From Phoronis australis (Eukaryota; Animalia; Phoronida): DNA of 64,000 nt. How positions within the stretch are numbered: position 1 is the first letter of the stretch; each line of letters opens with the position of its first letter. The notes beneath the pieces are model-generated. The model did not search any database, was not told where the DNA came from, and saw nothing but the letters and a program-made list of their open reading frames with translations. The position numbers were made by a program, and so were the translations under genes. Below are positions 12,780 through 26,211 of this stretch, in pieces. Where the stretch lies: positions 40,094 to 104,093 of the forward strand of contig NMRA01000903.1 of the NCBI GenBank assembly GCA_002633005.1, read 5' to 3'.

Positions 12780-15700
12780 TGTTCTGGCATCTGGTCAACT
12801 CTTTGGGTCCTCTCATGTTTCAAAGAAACATTTCCAATCTTCCCATTTTTGTATCATTAAATTTCCGTGTGTTTAACGAAGCACTAACTTCTGCATTAAA
12901 ACACTCATTCAAATTTTTTTTAAGATATCCTAAATTAGGTTTGATGTTAGCAAATTTCCTTTTAAAAATGAAATTTTAGTTTGTAAAAGAAACCAATTCA
13001 AAATTCTATTCTTTTCATTTTGAAGACCAAATATTATGGTGGTTTTGTCTATTTTGAAATTTACTTGCATTGCAGTCTTTAACCAGAGACGTACCACGTG
13101 CCAGAAAGAATTAACATATTCACATTCAAATAATAAATGTTCTAGAGTTTCGGGAAAGCATTTACAAAAAGTACAAGCATTTGAGTCCACGTATCCATTC
13201 TTATTTAAAACTAGTTACATGTAGTAGGTAGAATTCTATGCAGTAAGCTGAACTGAAAGAAAAGTAAGCTTGTCATTCGTACATTCATATGGAAGTTTGT
13301 AATAGAAGTTCCACATCTTCTGTGATAGCGAAAAACCCAATACTTCGAATTTCTTTTGAGCCGATGGTATTATGTCATTTTTGCACAGAATATGGTGAGA
13401 ATCCCGACACCCCTTTTTCGTCAAAATAATATTTTTAGGGAAAAAGGTACAAGTGGTCCATATTCCTTTTTATTATTAAGTTTTTGGAAAACGTTTTCAG
13501 GTATTTTTATTGCACTGACAATTGAATAATATTTGAGAAAGCTGACATTAATCTGATGAATCGTCTGCAAACTTTCAAAGGTGTAGAAGTTACCATTCCA
13601 GTCTAAAAATCGTTCACAAATATTATACCATTTTCAACGAATGACTCATAAATACAAGGGTTGTATTCCACCGTTATACTACTGTTGGCCCACACATTAA
13701 TTGACACCGCATCTTCGTGACCTGAAACAGTTTCTTTGTGAATTAAAAGGCTCCAATACTGGAAGCATTCTGTCCAAAAAGAGTTACAATTATCCGATCT
13801 AGTTATTCTATAGTCTCCATAGTTCAACATTCCATCTCTAGTAAGCCCGATATCTTTTTGCAACAAATAAGTCCATGGGGATGTTGTTAAAAAGAATCTT
13901 CTAATCTATGAAATTTTTAAAGACATGTTAAAATTTTTGACATCAATCATCATCAATCCACCCTCTTCTATGGATTTAATGAGTACTCCTCTTTTTATTT
14001 TATCAGGTTTTCCGTCCCAAATGAATTTAAAAAACAAAGTTTCAATAACCCTAAAAGTAGTATCATTGGGACTTGGGAGCAGCATTAGCAGATGTACAAT
14101 TTTTGGAAGCACAAGTTTTTTTAATACTGTGACCTTTCCAAAAATAGTCAGCTTTCTATGAGACCATATATTAATCAGACTATTCATTTCCATTATTTGT
14201 GCATCAAAGTTATTTTTGGACATGGTATCCAAGTTCACGCTGAAGTTAATACCCAGAAGCTTAAAATCATCGTCACCCCATTTTAGTTTCCAACGCGTGT
14301 GGTGAAACACTTTTTGAGAGATTTTTCTACTTCCAATCCACACTACTTTTGTCTTAGAATAGTTTATCTTCAGCCCCGACATCCCTGCATAGAACTCTAG
14401 GTTATTCATAAGTGCTGCCAGGGATCTTGGAGTTCGCTCTAATGTGAATGTTGTGTCATCTGCGTATTGTGTTATAACGAAGTCTTCGTCGCCGATTTTA
14501 ATACCTTTCACGTCAGGATCATGTTTAATCAATATGGACAAAATTTCAGCACACAGTATAAAAATATAAGGGGAGAGAGGATCACCTTGTCGACATCCGC
14601 GTTCTAGTATGAAGTTGTCTGACAGAATTCCATTTTGTATGACACGGGCAATTGGTTTATTATAAAAAGTTCTTATATCGAATGACATTGGCTTTGAAAT
14701 TGAACATATTCAGGACTTTGAATATAAAAGCCCATGAAACACTATCAAAAGTCTTCTCAAAATCTATCAAGACAAGTAGTCCTGGAATGTTGTGTTTGTC
14801 TGTATACCTCATAATATCATAAATTAGTCTTGTGTCCCTAGCCATAAATCTTCCTTTAATAAATCCAGTTTGGGTATTTGCAATCAGTTTGTCTAGAAAG
14901 TTTTAAATCTGTTTGCAACGCATCCCAAAGCCAGCTTGTATACACTATTCAGTAAAGTTATTGGTCGCCAGTTTTTCAGAAACTGTTTCGGCTTGTCTGG
15001 TTTTGGAATACATGTAATAATCCCAGTCCGTTGAGTTGTGGACATTTGTCCCTTTTCAAAACTACATTTAATGTGCCGCAACACAAAATATTTTATGTCT
15101 TCCCAAAAGAACTTCAAAAATTCCATCGTAAAGCCATCAGAGCCTGGACTTTTCTCATTTTTTGTATTTTTTAAAACCTCAAATAATTCATCAATATTAA
15201 TTTCATTTTCTAGTTAGATTCCCTCCAACTCCGAAAGTACCTGGAACCGACAATGTCCGAGTACACTATTCAAAATTTCTTCGCTCTCAGACCTCGAAGA
15301 ATATAATTTCTTATAAAAATTCATCATCTCGCATAAAATTTTCTTTTGATCCATAATAGTTTCTCCTTCTTCTGTTTCTATAGCATATATCAATTTACTA
15401 AAAAATTCCTTGATTCTAAGTTGCAAGACTATTTGGTCGGGCGTTCTCCATTTTCAATCCAGTTTGCTCTTGTTCGGACAACATAGCTCTTCAAATTAAT
15501 TCTTGTAAATTGGTCTTTTTTCTTCTAAAGTTGTTAGATCACCTTCAGTCAGGTTGTCTTTGCTTTCCAGCCTATTAATGGCTTCTTTTAAAACACGTTC
15601 ATAATTGATGTGTTTTTCTTCTTCTTTCTTATTGAGTAGTCTATAGTGGTGTTACGGATTTCCATAAACAGAACGTCTAAGAACACCTGGTCATTAATTA

Positions 15701-16878
15701 CGAATTGAATTTCACTGCTGGAAATTGTATCGATCATTTGATAATTGTAAACTGGAACAGCATACTGAGGTTTTATCCCAGTAATTTTTTCTTTAATTTT
15801 TTTAGTATATTCCAAGTCATCCAACAGGGAATTGTTGAATTTCCAAAGACCTTTCCCTTTTAAATTTCTTTTAATTTAGCACTCAGTAGCACACCTGAAT
15901 GATCGGATCTGTAACTGTTTATTGTGTTAATTTTACACACACAGTGAATTAAATTTTTTAAAGTAAGAAAAAGTCCAGTCTCGCCTGCTTTAAAGGATTT
16001 TTGCGTCACCGTGTATAACGCTTTAAATTCGGGTGGAAATTGTATCAATCATTTGATAATTGTAAACTGGAACAGCATATTGCCGTTTTACCTCAGTAAT
16101 TTTTTCTAAGTATATTCCAAGTCTCCCAGCAGGGAATTATTGAATTTCCAAAGGAATTTCCCTCTTAAGATTTCTTTTAATTTAACACTCAATAGCAAAC
16201 CTGAATGATCTGATCTGATTAATTTTACACACAAAGTGAAGCAACTTTTTTGAAAGTAAGAAAAAGTCCAATCTCGCCTGCTTTATAGGATTTTTGCGTC
16301 TCCATGTATAACGGTTTACGTGTAATTTCTGTTGGAATTCCCGAAATGGACCTACGAGCTCCCACATTTGTATATGTTCTTTTAATTTGTCACTAGCACT
16401 TGGATTATTGCGTTGCTTATAGTAACGCGTGTATTTAGACTGGTCTAAAACAAGATTGAAATCCCTACTTGCAATAACTTTTCATTACCCACCTCCTCAA
16501 TTTCCTTAAAAAGGTTTGAAAAAAGTCAGGTTTGTCCTCATTTGAACCACACAAGTTGACAAGCGCAATTCTCTCTCCCTCCATTGTTGTATCAAGTAAT
16601 ACATTATCCCCACTTTTGTCACTTCTCCAACCGTGTATTTGATGTTCAAAATTATTACTCAGCATTATTGCGACTCCTCTTGCATTGCTCTTGAATGAAC
16701 TGAAATAGCAGGAAAACCCCCACTGTAATTGGACTTGATCCTCCAAAGCCTTCACAAAATGAGCATCTTGAACACAATACATATTGAATGACTTATCTCT
16801 TAGGTACTTTTGAACATCAAGTCTTTTCCCGGAATCTCTAAATCCCTGACAGTTTACAGAAAGTATACTTAATTCCAT
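12780..16878 (-). pseudogene. L1-type ORF2 (APE endonuclease, reverse transcriptase, C-terminal CCHC), multiply frameshifted
   Basis: Motifs SVNCQG, ARGVAI, ARLDFFL, SDH, WRPITLLN, DFEKTFDSV, RQGDPLSP, YADD and CTFCKCFPETLEHLLFEC. Confidence 0.95.
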
Positions 16879-17599
16879 GTTGAAATTTAATTTGTGGACT
16901 ACAACTAAATTCAAGTATTGCTCTCAGTGACATTAAATTTTTCTGCGCATACTACCAGTGATTGTTTGCACAGTCTTGAACATAAAAACATATACAAGAG
17001 AAGAAACACAATGGACAAATAGCTACGAAGACAAAGAAGAAAGTCGAACACTAAATGAATGAGCTGTAACAGCACTCATAACATACATGTACGTCTGAGA
17101 CGACAAAAGCCCTGAATCTGAGAAGGCAGCCCGCATCGACAGTCATCCTATGCATGCTAAAGCCCTGGATATTTGAATAGTTACTGTAGTTATAAATGTA
17201 TACCCCATAGAATGGCAAGCTAAGTGAAGAACAGTAGAAGCGCTCCAAATGAAACACTGCGTTTGAGCGCAAGCCATTGATTACAACCCTGATTTGGTTA
17301 CTACCATATGTTCAACATTGGCACAAAGAAAAAACTGAATCAATTTAAAGGTCGTTATTGCAAGAGATCACTAGCTGAAGAAAAGATTCAAATAGGAACT
17401 AAAAATTAGAAAATACAATTAAATAAACAGACAGCTAAATAGAGAAACTGAAACAGCAGATTAACATGAAATACATGTAAAACTACTGGTATCAAATTAC
17501 GAGATGACACTGATTTCTGCGCAAACATATTTAGCACAAAACAAACTTTTTAACGCCGCCTAGAATATTAACCCAATTCCGCACTATCTGACGAATAAC

Positions 17600-18172
17600 T
17601 AAACTAAGTAACCATACGCTGTCATGTTATTCACGGTTCAAAACCCGTTCCGGCGTTGGTGTCTGGGGTTGACTCTTTCAAAGACCTTCCACGAATTCGC
17701 TAACTTGTTCCATTCTATTCATTTCATGATAAGAATGATTATTCTTCTTGATGAAGATCTTCCCATCTCTCACTTATGTCGACTTGATGTGTCCCTGTTT
17801 CACTAATCTGCGACATTTTGCAAAAATAGCAGCTTTCCTCTTTGTGCGATTTTCATTGATATATATTTTTCGCACCGAGACACGCCCTTGGTTCACCTGT
17901 GTAACCGCAAGTGTCGATCTTTTCTTCAGAAGTTCTGTTCGTTTACGATAACTAATGACCTTAGCGATGATCGGTCTAGGTTTACCCCTGGTATCTCTGT
18001 TAAAAGCACCAAACCTGTGGGCGCGGTCTAATTCAGTTACAGACAGGTCAACTTCCAATTTCTTGGCTATGTTTAAAACTAGCTCCTCAGTGTTCTCCCC
18101 CTTATTTTCCTCTACACCGTGTATAATCAGGCAGTTTCGTCTAGAATATTGCTCGCTGTCGTCTAAACGCAC
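17600..18172 (-). pseudogene. LINE ORF1 (Tnp22-type) remnant
   Basis: EQYSRRNCLIIHGV, DRAHRFG, PRPIIAK, IYINENRT. The N-terminal coiled coil is missing and there is a premature stop. Confidence 0.88.
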
Positions 18173-18539
18173 GTTAGGGTCTTAGCTTTTGCAGCACAGA
18201 TCGTCTAAACGCAAGAGAGAATTTTTAAAGCGAAGCTTTTGCAGAGCGTACTAATTTAATGGATGTTTAGATTCAATCTGTTAATTTTGCGAATGCAAAA
18301 CTATATTTTTCTAGAGGCCCCTCTCTGGTAAGGGATAACGGAGGCATCTTTCGCTTTATTTTTTTTTCTCGAAACTGTATATCACTTGAGAAAAATTGAT
18401 GACCTGACAGATAACATCAATTGCTGCGCATTTCCTGATATTTGAAAATACAGATATTTTCATATTTAGAGGCCTCGCCTTTGAAGGAGGCCATTGACGA
18501 CATGCAAGTGGCCATCTTCTTGTGTTTTTATTAAGAAAT

Positions 18540-18800
18540 TCTAACGGGGCCGCCCACGGTGAAAGGGCCCACTGTTGGAATCGATTTCCTCTATTTTCCT
18601 GTTTTTTTTGTGAAATCGTGCTTTCATGGTGGAGGAGGTCACTCCCTGCAACGTTTTGGGACCTCACGAGGGTGAAATGAACTGTCACGTTTTTCCAAGC
18701 TTAACGATGTTTAGCCTTTCATCTTAAGGTGTTCCATTTCAGATGCTACCCTCTCTCGGTGGAGCAGCTCGGGGGAAATGTCCCTTTGTCCCTCTATATA
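18540..18800 (+). repeat. Dispersed repeat shared with about 34448-34705 (MITE internal or 3' part)
   Basis: Collinear similarity (agggccca.tgtt.gaatcgatt ... gaactgtcac ... agcctttcat ... accctctctc). The second copy ends in atccgacactg. Confidence 0.7.
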
Positions 18801-18802
18801 CA

Positions 18803-18920
18803 TGTACATGTATATCTGCGCGTGCAGGACAAGTGTACACAAGCGCTATATCTGCGCGTGCACAACAGGTGTACATGTACACAGGCACTATGTCTGCGCG
18901 TGCACGACAGGTGTACACAA
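18803..18920. repeat. ~36-bp minisatellite, about 3 copies
   Basis: Repeated tatatctgcgcgtgcac.acaggtgtacaca. Confidence 0.85.
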
Positions 18921-21447
18921 CCAATTATGGTTGATAAAATTTATTACAAATGATTCTGTAAAATAGATTAATTTCGACTATTTCTAAGAATGGTATGGCA
19001 TGTTATAAGATGTTGATAAGAATTGATATTAACGAAAGGTGTAATATAAGATCTAAGTTTTTTCATCAGCCCTAGTAGGCTAATTTATACGAATTTTTTT
19101 TCACGGACCAGAAACGATCCGTAAACGATGTGAACGATGATCAGTTTCATCAGAATTCATATCAACCAAAATGGAGGTGCAAGATTTTTACACAAGCATT
19201 ACGTACATGTATTCTAAGTTCAGAAAATATGATTAAGACAGTGAAGAAGACGAAATTTTACGTACAAGTTCATTAAGATTGACGGTAAATATAAGAGGCA
19301 AAATTAAGTCTTTGAACTAGCAAGGACCAATTTATAATGCATACAGAAGTATGCAACAGTCAGGGCACGGACTTCTGTGAACATCCTGAGGGGCTTAGGC
19401 CTACGTGTAGCTAGGATGGCGGGAGATTGGTCTCGTGCGGAACCCTCTCCGGAGAAGAGGAGGTAGAGGCGACACAATTCGTGATGATCGGCACTAAACA
19501 TTTTAGCAGCAGAAATATAACAGAGATTCATTCAAGTAAGTCAGGCAATTAAAACGCATTTTAATTAATAATCCACTGGGGCCACCTGCCGCCCCGAAGT
19601 GTTGTACCAGAGGGTTCCAGTTTAATCCCGTCCTGTAGCCATGATTCTATTACTACTTATAAATTTCTGTAATTACATCAGGTTTCGTCTGTTATAATTG
19701 ATAAACGTAAATTGAAACTCTACAACGTTCTAGAAACCATGTGTAGTTAGTTGTTGCAACAAGAGGAGGGTTACATATATCAAAATTGACAAATATCCGT
19801 GGCGTTGGCGCTGTTGGATTTTGGAATTAAATGCTGAATGACGTCAATATGAACATGCGTCTTAAAACGCTACGCAATGTTGCCACTAGTCAAACTTTAA
19901 TAAGTCTTCTAAATCTAATAATTGCCTAAAGGTATTTCAATAAACACAATATACATTCATTGACTGGCCGTAGTTTGGCGGGAAATGACGTGGTAGGACG
20001 ATGATAACTGGTACGGAACCGGTAACTCTGACCTTCATTTGATGCACGACGTGGCACTGACTGAATGCATCAACCAAACATGTTAATTTTTGAAAATGCC
20101 CTCAAAATGGACTTTTTCAAAACACCGTGTTTGCCATACTCGTGTAAAAAAGCGAAATGAACCGTTCTACACGCTGCTCAAAGCACTTCTGTGGACATAG
20201 GGAAAGGAAAACGTCTCTGTCTTACAACGCTGCATGTGCTTGGCATTTCTGACAAGGCTCTCTCATGCTGGAAGTTTTTTTTAAGAGTAAGCACCGTCCC
20301 AAAAAATTGTAGGTCTCGTTACAGCTGACCACAGAAGAATGATTCTGCGATTTTAGGACTGAAACTGAACCAAATCTGGCGTGGTCACTCATTGGAAGGT
20401 GCAGAACTCGGGAAGAAAGGGGGAGGCAATACAAGCATATTTTTATTTTGGAGCCTTAGTTGCCAGATGTCATTCAGCGTCAGTTACTACCTAAGGAGGC
20501 CAGATCATGCGCTATAAACATCACCTGACGTTTTGCTTCTAAAAAAGTGTACCTTGGTGAATTTTCTTTCATTTCTTTCGACACCGCATTCGCTTTACCA
20601 AAGATTCACGCACAGATGCCACGTACATGTATAGAGGCAAATACCTCCTCACCACGTATTCGCATCTTCCCGTTCAAAATTGTTTTATTTTATACATTTT
20701 GTCAATATGTTGTTGAAAGAAAATATTTGTTTTTGGAACAACGTCAGCGACCAACTGATACATGTGCTGTAACTACTAGAGCAAATTTTACCGTCACCGA
20801 TGCATGAATGCGCAAAGCTAAAATTGGTAGTAGCCTCAACAATCGCTTTTCTGTGTTTGATGTCACTGTCTAAGTTCGTGGAAATCGTAACCATATGATT
20901 TCGAAGTTGGAGTCCGTGGGCTTAGGACATAAAGTTCCGTGTATTTCGCGTCTTTACTGCAAGGGTTAAAAGGGCATGGACCGCGAAAACTTGTGAAAAA
21001 TACGTTTTAAACGATCCCTAACGAAAGTACCTTCATTCAACCTTTACTTAAAAATTATTCACTTCCAACTGAAAAGGAATTTCCAGAAAAAATGACCCAA
21101 TTCATCGTTTTTGAAAGAAGTACGAAGAAAAGTTTGTATGGTAACCACCTATACCTGCCAATCTCCCTTTCACTTATTATAAATGCGCGCATGCGCTCAG
21201 TCATTCGACAAACAACAGCTGATTCGGTGTCAAGAGTGTTGTGGATTGAATACTTTGCCACCCAATGTGCTTTATACCTCGTGCCGTGTATTTTGTGCCT
21301 ACCTCTACGATTCTTCATGATTGGACCATTACTTGAGATTTGATCATGCTGATCTGCAGTGGACTATTATTCATTTACACTATGTGTCAGAGGACGGTGC
21401 TGCGCTAATAATCGCAGGCGCGGTTTTGCAAGACTATACGAGACAAG

Positions 21448-23267
21448 ATGTCGAACAGTGGAAAGCTGGGCAAGAAAATGGGGCGTTCTTCTAAGCTAAC
21501 CGACTCAGTTAGAAAGAAAAGAAGGCAAGACTTGCAGCTGAAAGTTGAAAAACGACGCATTTATCTGGGTACAGAGCACTGCCGCTGGGAATCTCTTAGA
21601 AGTGAGCTATCCGTCACTGGCCAAACGATAGCTCGATCATGCGTAAGTACTTGTTTGGTCCTGCATACTTCGGTAGTTATAGGGACATTGCGTGATCCCA
21701 GCTTATTAAAATCACCTCGATCCAATAAAGTAATGGTCCGAGAACTCACTGAGAAAGTGAAGAGTGTGAAAGTTAAACTCAGACATAAAATTCACCGAGT
21801 TGCATTGTCTGTTGACATTTAAGCTGAGCGGCTACTAGTAAGCCTACTTTTGGCTAAGCCTATGACCTACTTATGTCATATAGTGACGACTTGTTTATTT
21901 GTTTGTTGTTGATAATTCTCGAAACACTAAGAGAAATTGCAAAGCATTATTACTTTGAGATAGTACCACCGTCTCAACTGACTGCAGTAGAGATGACAGT
22001 TGTCCAATAGGCCCTCCACCAGTTGGAAGTTTTTTGGCGAATTGTGCCACATTGATTAAACCATCAAAGTCATGTTGCTGCAACGAACTTTTGCAGATAG
22101 GGGGATACCTTAGGGGAATGGTAATGTCTTAAACTCTTCCCAGCTCGGTCAAATACGAACGGGCATTAGGAGTCAATTTTCTGTCCTTCGTTACGGTAAC
22201 AAAATCATGGACTGACCATTTTTGGGAAACTGGCCCAATTCTGTATTGATTGAATCATTGCTGTAGCGTTTTAAAATCACCTTGAGATCGACCTCCATGA
22301 CGGAGTAAATCAATCATTAAAACACTACACTGGTGATCACCAAAGTTTGCTAGTGCTTGAAACTTGGCCGCAAGGGTTGTACCACTCATACCTGTGCAAA
22401 ATGATATTGTAGATGAACAAATTAGAAACAAATCAGAAAGAAATCTTGATAACCAAAGTATTTGTTCAAGTTGGAAGGAAAGAAAGACATCGACAGCCTC
22501 CTAAGGTGACCATGTCTATGTTATAAAGGTACTTAAGGCAGCATGACTTTGATGGTTTAGTTTGTGCGAGGTACGAGTTGCCAAAAAGCTTCTTGCTGCC
22601 CATGGAAGACCCCCTGTGCCACCAGTTATGGCCCAGTTCAAGCAGCAATTCTGTTTTAGTGCCAAGCCGTGCATTTTGCCAGATTGAGTACTTGCAAAGT
22701 AGGTACAAAGTCATGTCTCACGGATTTGTAGCCTTGTTATCTTGTTGTACCTTATTTTCAGACCTATGTGTATTGACATTTTAAAAGTGGTATTATAGTC
22801 TGAGAGATCAAGAGGTCTACTTTCTTCAAAGATATTATGCGAGATCTGGAAGAAAATCCACAGCTAAAACCCCATTAATCAAAATTTCGCTGCCCTACAA
22901 AGGTTAACAAAGTAAAAGCACAAACGTTCGTTGATCAATTTTCAAAATTCAAAAATACATTAACTGAGGATAATTTTTGGTTACAAATTCAAATTCGCAA
23001 CAAGAAATTAAGTAGTGAATTGCACTCACATTTTTGTGGTGGTTATTCATGTAGTTTGGTTGTTATTATGGCGGCGAATTGTTCCACCTGTATTCTTTGA
23101 CATCTGTACCTGTAGTTAATAACTAGGTTATTGTAATTTCATTTTTGTACTGTAGGTATGAAGTGGCACAAAGTGAAAGATTTGCAACAATGTCTAGACA
23201 AGTGTCCACAGAGTCAGAACCTGAAGCCGTATCAGCAACGCCTGCAACTCCCCAGTTTATTTCAAAG
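21448..23267 (+). pseudogene. Decayed spliced gene (exons 21448-21642 and 23156-~23267) with a basic N-terminus and RIYLG..RW..LR motif, possibly the 5' part of a Kolobok-type transposase gene
   Basis: MSNSGKLGKKMGRSSKLT...KRRIYLGTEHCRWESLRSEL, then (after a frameshift and stop) LDH gc|gtaagt joins tgtag|g tat gaa in phase. An upstream ttaa+aagggcatggacc near 20966 could be a terminus. Confidence 0.45.
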
Positions 23268-23621
23268 GTATTCTAGAAATTATTTTTTCAGCGAAAGCGT
23301 GTTGTCTACATCTTCACCTACTAGTGTTTGTTTCTACGACAATACATGACATGGAAAATTGCGTTTGTTGTTTTTTGTGAGTGTTACTAATTTAAATCAA
23401 ATCATTCTACCTTGCCATTTTTAAAAATATTACTGAGCTTGTACTCATTAAGCCTTAACTGGCTTGGACTATGGACTGCATGGTTGTATTTTCATCAAGA
23501 TTTTGCTTTCCTAACTTTGTTCTATGTTGAACTTGATTTTACTGTACCTTATTAACACTTGAATTATGGTCCAAATATTGTAATTTGTTTTATTGAACTG
23601 ACTCTGAACTTACTAATATTT

Positions 23622-23757
23622 TGATGCAATAGTAGACTGAACACTGTTTCGAGTTCATCACTTTATTAATCTTGACTGTATGCTCATATGATGCAGTGGT
23701 AGACTGAACACTGTTTCGAGTTCATCACTTTATTAATCTTCACTGTATGCTCATATT
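23622..23757. repeat. ~67-bp tandem duplication
   Basis: tgatgca...tagactgaacactgtttcgagttcatcactttattaatctt.actgtatgctcata occurs twice. Confidence 0.9.
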
Positions 23758-25071
23758 AAGTCCATTCAAACAAAACGTTCAACGTAATGTCTGTTCTATG
23801 CTCAGTCAGTGCTAAAAAGCCTTGACTTTCAGTACCTTCTACAATTGCTGGCGCAATAACATGCTACTTTTGACAGTTATTTGTTCTCTAGCCTCAGCTG
23901 AAGTGTTAGACAAGTTCTGTGCAATTGCAACTGTGCAACGGCTGATGTTGTAGCCAATGAATAATGTTATGAACTATGAAAGTACCTAAATGTTCTATTA
24001 TTTTCTCCTCTGGAATGATAATTAGATGCTCCATGGACAGTAGAAATAAAATTATTTTCAATTAATGTTGCTGCAATTTCTAATGTTTTTAGTGGGACAA
24101 ATTTGCTGGAAGTGCAATTTATCATTCCATTTGTCCAAAGGTGTGTAGATTGATTCTGTCTTTTTATTTCTAAACACAGTTATGTTGCTCAATTGGAATG
24201 ACCTCTTATTTCGTGCATTTTGTAACTTTGTATCCTTCCATGAGTTCACACATCATTGATGTTTTATTGTAGTCAGATGTAAAAATCGAGGTCAGCTCAG
24301 TAAAACAGAAGTTGATTGCAAACCACAGATTTGTGCAAATACCTAAATTGCTAAGTGCTTGTAGTTATAGTCATTGAAAATGTGTAACATACTTTGAAGA
24401 AAAGCAAAATTATTTAGATCATGATGATGCTCGATAAAATAAAACTTTTTGAATGCTGTTGGGACTGATTGTTCATCATGATGCACATTGCAAACTATTA
24501 CTGGGTGAACAGTTACGTCAATATATTTACCACCAGTCCTTGGAACATATGTGTCTGTGATTTATCATCATCACATCTTTCCATGTAATGACAATATTAA
24601 GTATCAGATGACTGGAGTTAACAGCTTTTGAAATATTAGGAGATAAACTGTGTTTTAGGTTCAAAAAGATACCACAATTTAGCATTAGAAAGTTAATCTT
24701 CCCAATTCTAAAGTTTTATATAAAATTCGCTGTGAAGCACCTAATAATTGGTTAGAATTACTGTAAATAACAGTGTGATTACTAAGGCATAGATTTAATG
24801 TAATTACAAAGTTGGGCAAGTCATTGCACTTGGCAATTTGAGCCCTAAAATGCATTGACTACATGTACTTTGGGCCAACTGGGTGCATTTGGCCCCAGAA
24901 TTCAAGAAAACCCTGGGACAGAAATTTTGGGGGATTTTTTGATCTGTAAAAAAGAAAGTTCAATGAAGGTTTTCAGAGAAATTTAGATTACATTTTCTTC
25001 CACCACTAATAGCTGAGGATTTAGCTAACTGCACTTGCACTACTCGGCCACTTACTAAACGGTGAATACGC

Positions 25072-25282
25072 CAGTGGCGGATCTAGGATACCACAAGGGG
25101 GGCCCAACATGACGCCTCGGTGAAATGGGCAAAGCTCGATTGTATGCACAGTTGGCTCGAATGTTCTGGGGGTTGGCGATACGGACCTGGTGTTCCGGAA
25201 TTCTACCGTTGGGCTCGATATTTTCTCATGCTGTTGCTGTGTAATTTTTTGCTTGCACCAGTCAAGGGGGGGCCTTGGCCTG
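25072..25282. mobile_element. CAGTGGCGGAT-type MITE with 5-bp TSD, right TIR mostly deleted
   Basis: tacgc|cagtggcggatctagg ... ggcctg|tacgc. Confidence 0.6.
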
Positions 25283-26211
25283 TACGCAATCATCACGTAG
25301 TAACAATTAACAATCACCCGGAAATGCATTTTAGTTATAAATCCTATGTACAGTCACGATGCATTGAAATGTTTTAGCAAAATGTTATTGTTCTTGTTTA
25401 CCATTGATTATACACAACATAGTCTACGATGTTGACCGTACGCCGATCGGTGAGCCAGACTATTTTCATTTACTAAACGATAAGACATGAATAGACATTT
25501 TCCGTTTGAAATGCACATAAATGNGCTTGCACCAGTCAAGGGGGGCCTTGGCCTGTACGCAATCATCACGTAGTAACAATTAACAATCACCCGGAAATGC
25601 ATTTTAGTTATAAATCCTATGTACAGTCACGATGCATTGAAATGTTTTAGCAAAATGTTATTGTTCTTGTTTACCATTGATTATACACAACATAGTCTAC
25701 GATGTTGACCGTACGCCGATCGGTGAGCCAGACTATTTTCATTTACTAAACGATAAGACATGAATAGACATTTTCCGTTTGAAATGCACATAAATGAAAT
25801 CCTGGGCAAAAAGTATATTAGATTATACTTGGGAGAGCATAGAAACCAAATAAATCGATAACTTACTTCAGAAATGGGACTTCTTTGAGTCAATGTGTCG
25901 ATGTGCTTTCGAAACCAGCCATCACTGTTTTGCTTTCGGCGACCTTTCACCACTCTGAGGTCATCAGGCCATTTCCAAATAAGGCACCGCAATGCATTTT
26001 GGGACTGTAATGTCGGACTTGACGAGCACGAAGGCGTGTCTTTTTGGTCAACTTTCAAACGTAAAGAAAAATACTCCAAACTCATCTAAAACTCACTATA
26101 TTTACGAAACCTACAAAAAACTTGTACGCCACAATATGATACAGGTTTCATGCAAGATGAGTAACATTTACTTTATTATTTTATACTATTTTTCACGTCC
26201 CAAGCAACTTT

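Larger units (their letters stand above)
12630..18180 (-). mobile_element. L1/Tx1-clade LINE, 5'-truncated within ORF1, decayed
   Basis: ORF1 remnant, then APE-RT-Cys-rich ORF2, then AATAAA (tttatt near 12653) and an A tail (t-run near 12630-12639). Confidence 0.93.

Noticed and set aside
18729-18966. Four overlapping short ORFs
   Set aside because: They arise from the 36-bp minisatellite and the adjacent MITE sequence.
25251-25796. Near-perfect ~273-bp tandem duplication
   Set aside because: The copies are separated by a single N and differ essentially only in a G-run length, which is typical of an unmerged contig overlap.
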